Positions 8,825 to 12,830 of a stretch of 12,830 bases of DNA are shown piece by piece. The stretch is from a virus (Duplodnaviria > Heunggongvirae > Uroviricota > Caudoviricetes): positions 1-12,830 of the IMG/VR virus record IMGVR_UViG_2671181030_000005. One strand, 5' to 3'. The translations under genes were made by a program, and so were the position numbers. The notes under the pieces were generated by a model. That model had not been told where the DNA came from. It was given only the letters and a program-made list of their open reading frames with translations, and did not search any database. Numbering within the stretch: the stretch's first letter is position 1; every line of letters starts with the position of its first letter.

Positions 8825-9166
8825 ATGACACAATTTCAACTTGCATTAATCGCTAGAGAAGTTGATGGAGAAGTCATCCATCTTCGCACCAAAGACGGAT
8901 ACATCAATGCCACCGCGATGTGCAAGTCTGCGGGGAAGCTACTTGCTGACTATACACGACTAAAAACAACACAAGATTTTTTTGATGAATTATCACGCGA
9001 TATGGGGATTCCCATATCGGAGTTAATTCAATCATTTAAAGGCGGAAGAGCAGAGAATCAAGGGACTTGGGTTCATCCAGACATCGCAATTAATTTAGCT
9101 CAGTGGCTATCTCCAAAATTTGCAGTGCAAGTATCGAGATGGGTGCGTGAGTGGATGTCAGGTTAA
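8825..9166 (+). CDS. KilA-N domain protein (N-terminal part of a probably larger ancestral gene)
   Basis: 113 aa; KilA-N/Bro-N-like features (…DGEVIHLRTKDGYINATAMCKSAG…GTWVHPDIAINLAQWLSPKFAVQVSRWV); AGGA 6 nt upstream; sits downstream of cI where lambda has rexAB. Its TAA stop is in frame with the next ORF. Confidence 0.7.
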   Translation: MTQFQLALIAREVDGEVIHLRTKDGYINATAMCKSAGKLLADYTRLKTTQDFFDELSRDMGIPISELIQSFKGGRAENQGTWVHPDIAINLAQWLSPKFAVQVSRWVREWMSG

Positions 9167-9205
9167 AGAGCGCCTGCCGAACTCCCTATCCACCTTAAGC
9201 GGTAT

Positions 9206-9584
9206 ATGACAAACCGAGGCAGAGTTCCTCATACGCACTTTTCTATGCTTAATGAACTGACGTTTAACTTGGTTGCGCCACTTGAACAGGCCGGATATAC
9301 GCTGCCAGAAAAAATGGTCCCTGATATTTCAGAGGGTAGGGTTTTCTCGCAATGGCTCCGTGACAACCGGGGGGTTGAGCCGAAGACATTCCCAACATAT
9401 AACCATGAGTACCCAGATGGCCGGACATTCCCGGTACGTCTATACCCAAACGAATATTGCAGATTTCAAACAATACTTCAACGAAGTGTGGCTGCCTCAG
9501 TACGCTCCTAAATATTTTGCTGAACGAGACCAAAGGGCATTGACGTTGATTGAGAAAATCATGCTACCTGACCTTGATTCCTAA
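9206..9584 (+). pseudogene. Disrupted ORF: continuation of the KilA-N gene, carrying an in-frame stop (9164..9166) and a frameshift near 9450..9460
   Basis: ORF 9206..9511 is in the same frame as the KilA-N ORF, separated by a single TAA; a second overlapping ORF in another frame runs to 9584 and ends just before a terminator hairpin. ATG 8825 to stop 9584 is 760 nt (3n+1), which fits one extra base in an ancestral 252-codon gene. No convincing RBS before 9206. Confidence 0.5.
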
Positions 9585-9592
9585 ATGTTATT

Positions 9593-9614
9593 CCCGGCCA
9601 CAGAGCCGGGTTTT
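9593..9614 (+). terminator. Rho-independent terminator ending the cI operon
   Basis: Stem CCCGGC / GCCGGG (9593..9598 and 9605..9610) with 6-nt loop, followed by TTTTCTTT. Confidence 0.6.
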
Positions 9615-9770
9615 CTTTGCCTCACGATCCCCCTCACCCAAGAACACATAACCAATTGTATCTATTTGAAAATAAATAGATACAACTCACTAAACATAGC
9701 AGTTCAGATCTCTCACCTACCAAACAATGCACCACTGCAAAAAATAAATTCATATAAAAAACATACAGAT

Positions 9771-9833
9771 AACCATCTGCGGTGATGAATTATCTCTAGC
9801 GGTGTTGAAATAAATACCACTGGCGGTGATACT
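9771..9833 (+). promoter_or_regulatory. Lambda-type left operator region: OL3 (9771..9787), OL2 (9791..9807), OL1 (9815..9831) with PL (-35 TTGAAA 9805..9810, -10 GATACT 9828..9833)
   Basis: AACCATCTGCGGTGATG, TATCTCTAGCGGTGTTG, TACCACTGGCGGTGATA; 17-bp spacer between -35 and -10; matches recalled lambda OL/PL apart from single-base differences. Confidence 0.8.
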
Positions 9834-9902
9834 AAACACATCAGCAGGACGCACTACTCACCAGGGCGGTGAATATACAACGATTCAAATATGAATCTAC
9901 GG

Positions 9903-9917
9903 CGCTGACAAAGCGCA
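9903..9917 (+). promoter_or_regulatory. nutL-like boxB hairpin (GCGCT-GACAA-AGCGC) in the PL leader
   Basis: Perfect 5-bp stem with GACAA pentaloop about 62 nt downstream of the predicted PL start; matches recalled P22-type boxB. No N-like (Arg-rich) ORF follows. Confidence 0.45.
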
Positions 9918-9979
9918 ATAACCAAAGTGAACTTTGGGGTGAATGCAGAAGCTAACCTTCTCGGCGGAGGCGCTTTGCA

Positions 9980-10273
9980 ATGATTACGCTAAGCGAAATG
10001 CTTCGCTCATATAAACCAGATGAACACACTAAGGACGCTAACGAAACAAACGCTGGTTGGATAAGCTGTAGTGAGCGAATGCCGAACGATAAACAGTATG
10101 TTTGGTGTTGGGGTAAGTCTTACGGCTGGACTGAGTGCGATACCTTCGAAGGGTATTACGATTGGTCGAGAAACAAATGGTGGGCAGTTACTGACGATGG
10201 GGAAGAACCGGCATCGAAAGTAACCCACTGGATGCCGCTACCAGAACCGCCTCAGGAGGTTAACCGTGGCTAA
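9980..10273 (+). CDS. DUF551-like phage early protein
   Basis: 97 aa; GGAGG 9 nt upstream; Trp- and Cys-rich with C-terminal VTHWMPLPEPP, a motif I associate with DUF551 proteins of lambdoid early-left operons. Confidence 0.7.
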   Translation: MITLSEMLRSYKPDEHTKDANETNAGWISCSERMPNDKQYVWCWGKSYGWTECDTFEGYYDWSRNKWWAVTDDGEEPASKVTHWMPLPEPPQEVNRG

Positions 10274-10304
10274 CCTGCAACTTGCCGTAAAAGGTGAATA
10301 ACAA

Positions 10305-10360
10305 TCCTCGCACTCGCGGGGATTTCTTTTATCTGAACTCGCTACGGCGAGTTTTGTTTT
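10305..10360 (+). terminator. Tandem Rho-independent terminators downstream of the DUF551-like gene
   Basis: Hairpin 1: TCCTCGC / GCGGGGA (one G-U pair) with loop ACTC, then TTTCTTTT (10305..10330). Hairpin 2: AACTCGC / GCGAGTT with loop TACG, then TTGTTTT (10336..10360). Confidence 0.6.
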
Positions 10361-10373
10361 ATGGAGACAAGAA

Positions 10374-10718
10374 ATGTCAGATTTGGCTATGAAGGTTTTG
10401 AAATGGCAATCAACTGGCGATGTCGGCATCAGTAGCGCAACTCTTGCCTCAATCGCATGTGGCCTGAAAAAGAATATCTATGGTCATCACTTCGGCGCTC
10501 CCCATGACGCAGACGATTTCCAACGATGCGTTGCGCTTGTTGAGCAGATTCCAGAAATCAGAGATTCATTCGACAAGGTTGCAAAGCGCGTTCCGGCATT
10601 CAAAGGAATCCTCAACGAATGGGATTCCCTAGTTGCTCTGTTGAAGTCGGAAATGAAGATACACGGAAACAAAGCACCAGAGACTTACAGAAGAATCAGA
10701 GAGCTACGCAAGGACTAA
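10374..10718 (+). CDS. Hypothetical protein, 114 aa, no recognised family
   Basis: GGAG 7 nt upstream of ATG; uninterrupted ORF with ordinary amino-acid composition (MSDLAMKVLKWQSTGDVGISSATLASIACGLKK...); bracketed by terminators on both sides. Confidence 0.6.
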   Translation: MSDLAMKVLKWQSTGDVGISSATLASIACGLKKNIYGHHFGAPHDADDFQRCVALVEQIPEIRDSFDKVAKRVPAFKGILNEWDSLVALLKSEMKIHGNKAPETYRRIRELRKD

Positions 10719-10788
10719 CCATAAAATAACACCGCCTCACACTCGATGATGCCTGTTCATTGCTCAATGATATCCAGACCTACCATCG

Positions 10789-10808
10789 CCGCATCAATGC
10801 GGTTTTTT
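10789..10808 (+). terminator. Rho-independent terminator
   Basis: Stem CCGCA / TGCGG with loop TCAA followed by TTTTTT (to 10808). Confidence 0.55.
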
Positions 10809-10816
10809 ATTGCCTG

Positions 10817-10834
10817 ATTTGCAGGTTCGATTCC
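10817..10834 (+). repeat. Partial direct repeat of the argW T-arm region (16 identical bp, TTGCAGGTTCGATTCC)
   Basis: Matches argW positions 1054..1069 exactly; flanks diverge on both sides. Confidence 0.6.
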
Positions 10835-10853
10835 CTATTCGGAGATAGCACTC

Positions 10854-11054
10854 ATGCAACACGAACTACAGCCTGATTCACTGGTTGATTTGAAATTCAT
10901 CATGGCCGATACTGGCTTCGGTAAAACCTTCATCTATGATCGGATTAAGTCCGGAGACCTTCCAAAAGCCAAAGTTATCCACGGGCGAGCAAGATGGTTA
11001 TATCGTGACCATTGTGAATTCAAAAATAAGCTCTTAAGCCGCGCCAATGGGTAA
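10854..11054 (+). CDS. AlpA-family small DNA-binding protein (excisionase / recombination directionality factor candidate)
   Basis: 66 aa MQHELQPDSLVDLKFIMADTGFGKTFIYDRIKSGDLPKAKVIHGRARWLYRDHCEF...; matches the AlpA/Xis-type HTH pattern; GGAG 9 nt upstream; located at the element end opposite the integrase. Confidence 0.75.
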   Translation: MQHELQPDSLVDLKFIMADTGFGKTFIYDRIKSGDLPKAKVIHGRARWLYRDHCEFKNKLLSRANG

Positions 11055-11070
11055 AATAGCGGGTAAAATA
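11049..11070 (+). repeat. Tandem direct repeat GGGTAAAATA-GC-GGGTAAAATA; candidate arm-type binding sites
   Basis: Two identical 10-mers at 11049..11058 and 11061..11070, overlapping the AlpA-like stop codon; same motif family as the repeats at 1200..1245. Confidence 0.35.
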
Positions 11071-11122
11071 TTTCTCACATCTAAAAAATACCATTCCAAT
11101 CAATCCCCTGCCGCTTCAAGTA

Positions 11123-11140
11123 GATGTCTGCAGGGGACAC
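11123..11140 (+). repeat. Partial direct repeat of the argW 3' end (CTGCAGGGGACAC); candidate attR core of the element
   Basis: 13 identical bp matching argW 1068..1080, with GAT two bases upstream also matching; sequence beyond differs from that following the intact tRNA. Confidence 0.6.
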
Positions 11141-11582
11141 TAGATACCCTTCATACGAAATCTACCTTCACCCCGTAAAAGATGGGTTTGGCAGCACACT
11201 TGCCTTATATCTACTCATTTTTACTGCAACAGGTTGAAATCTCAGCACTGTCAGAAAGCGCTGATGACTAAACAGCCCTGGGCCGGGCGATGTAACCATC
11301 ACACAGAATCCTGATAGCGAAATATGGCGTGACTCGATACTTCACTCCGCAATGCATTCCTTGATGAATTCGCAGGACCGTGATACACGGGACAGGTCGC
11401 TGAATGACGACAATGTCCTGGAAATCAGCGAACCGCGCATCTGAAGTACATTTGAGCGACTGTACCAGAACATGAATGAGGCGTTTGGATTAGGTGATTA
11501 TTAGCAGGGCTAAGCACTTTAGTATTATTATTTTCCGGTTGAGGGATAGGGAGATATCGACAACAACCGGAAAAGTTTACGT

Positions 11583-12830
11583 CTATATTGCTGAAGGTAC
11601 AGGCGTTTCCATAACTATTTGCTCGCGTTTTTTACTCAGGAAGAAAATGCCAAATAGCAACATCAGGCAGACAATACCCGAAATTGCGAAGAAAACTGTC
11701 TGGTAGCCTGCGTGGTCAAAGAGTATCCCAGTCGGCGTTGAAAGCAGCACAATCCCAAGCGAACTGGCAATTTGAAAACCAATCAGAAAGATCGTCGACG
11801 ACAGGCGCTTATCAAAGTTTGCCACGCTGTATTTGAAGACGGATATGACACAAAGTGGAACCTCAATGGCATGTAACAGCTTCACTAATGAAATAATCCA
11901 GGGGTTAACGAACAGCGCGCAGGAAAGGATACGCAACGCCATAATCACAACACCGATAAGTAATGCATTTTTTGGCCCTACCCGATTCACAAAGAAAGGA
12001 ATAATCGCCATGCACAGCGCTTCGAGTACCACCTGGAATGAGTTGAGATAACCATACAGGCGCGTTCCTACATCGTGTGATTCGAATAAACCTGCATAAA
12101 AGACAGGAAAAAGTTGTTGATCAAAAATGTTATAGAAAGACCACGTCCCCACAATAAATATGACGAAAACCCAGAAGTTTCGATCCTTGAAAACTGCGAT
12201 AAAATCCTCTTTTTTTACCCCTCCCGCATCCGCCGCTACGCACTGGTGATCCTTATCTTTAAAACACATGTTGATCATCATAAATACAGCGCCAAATAGC
12301 GAGACCAACCAGAAGTTGATATGGGGACTGATACTAAAAAATATGCCGGCAAAGAACGCGCCAATAGCATAGCCAAAAGATCCCCAGGCGCGCGCTGTTC
12401 CATATTCGAAATGAAAATTTCGCGCCATTTTTTCGGTGAAGCTGTCAAGCAAACCGCATCCCGCCAGATACCCCAGGCCAAAAAAGAGCGCCCCCAGAAT
12501 TAGACCTACAGAAAAATTGCTTTGCAGTAACGGTTCATAAACGTAAATCATAAACGGTCCGGTCAAGACCAGGATGAAACTCATACACCAGATGAGCGGT
12601 TTCTTCAGACCGAGTTTATCCTGAACGATGCCGTAGAACATCATAAATAGAATGCTGGTAAACTGGTTGACCGAATAAAGTGTACCTAATTCCGTCCCTG
12701 TCAACCCTAGATGTCCTTTCAGCCAAATAGCGTATAACGACCACCACAGCGACCAGGAAATAAAAAAGAGAAATGAGTAACTGGATGCAAAACGATAGTA
12801 CGCATTTCTGAATGGAATATTCAGTGCCAT
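11583..12830 (-). CDS. cscB: Sucrose:H+ symporter CscB (LacY-family MFS permease)
   Basis: 415-aa ORF whose ATG is the last three bases of the window; MALNIPFRNAYYRFASSYSFLFFISWSLWWSLYAIWLKGHLG... recalled as CscB of the chromosomal csc sucrose regulon (E. coli W / EC3132 type); 12-TM-like hydrophobic profile. Confidence 0.9.
   Translation of the reverse strand: MALNIPFRNAYYRFASSYSFLFFISWSLWWSLYAIWLKGHLGLTGTELGTLYSVNQFTSILFMMFYGIVQDKLGLKKPLIWCMSFILVLTGPFMIYVYEPLLQSNFSVGLILGALFFGLGYLAGCGLLDSFTEKMARNFHFEYGTARAWGSFGYAIGAFFAGIFFSISPHINFWLVSLFGAVFMMINMCFKDKDHQCVAADAGGVKKEDFIAVFKDRNFWVFVIFIVGTWSFYNIFDQQLFPVFYAGLFESHDVGTRLYGYLNSFQVVLEALCMAIIPFFVNRVGPKNALLIGVVIMALRILSCALFVNPWIISLVKLLHAIEVPLCVISVFKYSVANFDKRLSSTIFLIGFQIASSLGIVLLSTPTGILFDHAGYQTVFFAISGIVCLMLLFGIFFLSKKREQIVMETPVPSAI

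Noticed and set aside
9264-9533. 89-aa minus-strand ORF antisense to the frameshifted region
   Set aside because: Antisense to a region whose plus-strand frames show protein-like composition and end at a terminator; no RBS.
9585-9785. 66-aa ORF between the cI-operon terminator and OL
   Set aside because: Covers the terminator hairpin and the AT-rich region leading into OL3; no RBS; low-complexity translation. This is the non-coding operator-proximal region.
9840-9980. Search for an N-type antiterminator gene after nutL
   Set aside because: No ORF with an Arg-rich N-terminal motif exists between PL and the DUF551-like gene in any frame; N appears to be deleted rather than missed.
10007-10672. 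Minus-strand ORFs 10007..10228, 10238..10429 and 10487..10672
   Set aside because: Antisense to the DUF551-like and 114-aa genes or crossing terminator hairpins; no RBS or homology.
11494-12503. ORFs 11494..11706 (+), 11833..12051 (+), 12114..12299 (+), 12278..12481 (-), 12321..12503 (+) overlapping cscB
   Set aside because: All embedded in or antisense to the full-length, homologous cscB permease gene; shadow ORFs.

Overview
This window runs from the start codon of yfdC (formate/nitrite-transporter family) to the start codon of cscB (sucrose permease, minus strand) and contains an intact tRNA-Arg gene (argW, 1009..1083) followed by a roughly 10 kb integrated element. The element appears to be a heavily deleted, mosaic lambdoid prophage remnant. 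It has a P4/IntS-type tyrosine integrase beside the tRNA, a P22-type tailspike with a Mnt-like repressor, a predicted lipoprotein, a lytic transglycosylase and a Gln-rich virion/ejection-like protein. It also carries a lambda-type immunity region (cro, cII-like, cI, recognisable OR and OL operators, PR and PL), a KilA-N gene plus a broken downstream ORF in the rex position, a short PL operon (DUF551-like gene and a 114-aa unknown) and an AlpA-family excisionase-like gene next to partial argW 3'-end repeats at the right boundary. No N, replication, lysis, head or tail-shaft genes are present. No CRISPR array or IS element was seen. I did not find a clearly novel multi-gene system; the most plausible candidates for undescribed function are the cargo genes at classic moron positions (the rex-locus KilA-N gene, the lipoprotein at the sieA-like position, and the 114-aa ORF bracketed by terminators). 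All homology calls rest on my recall of well-known proteins and motifs; nothing was searched or computed.
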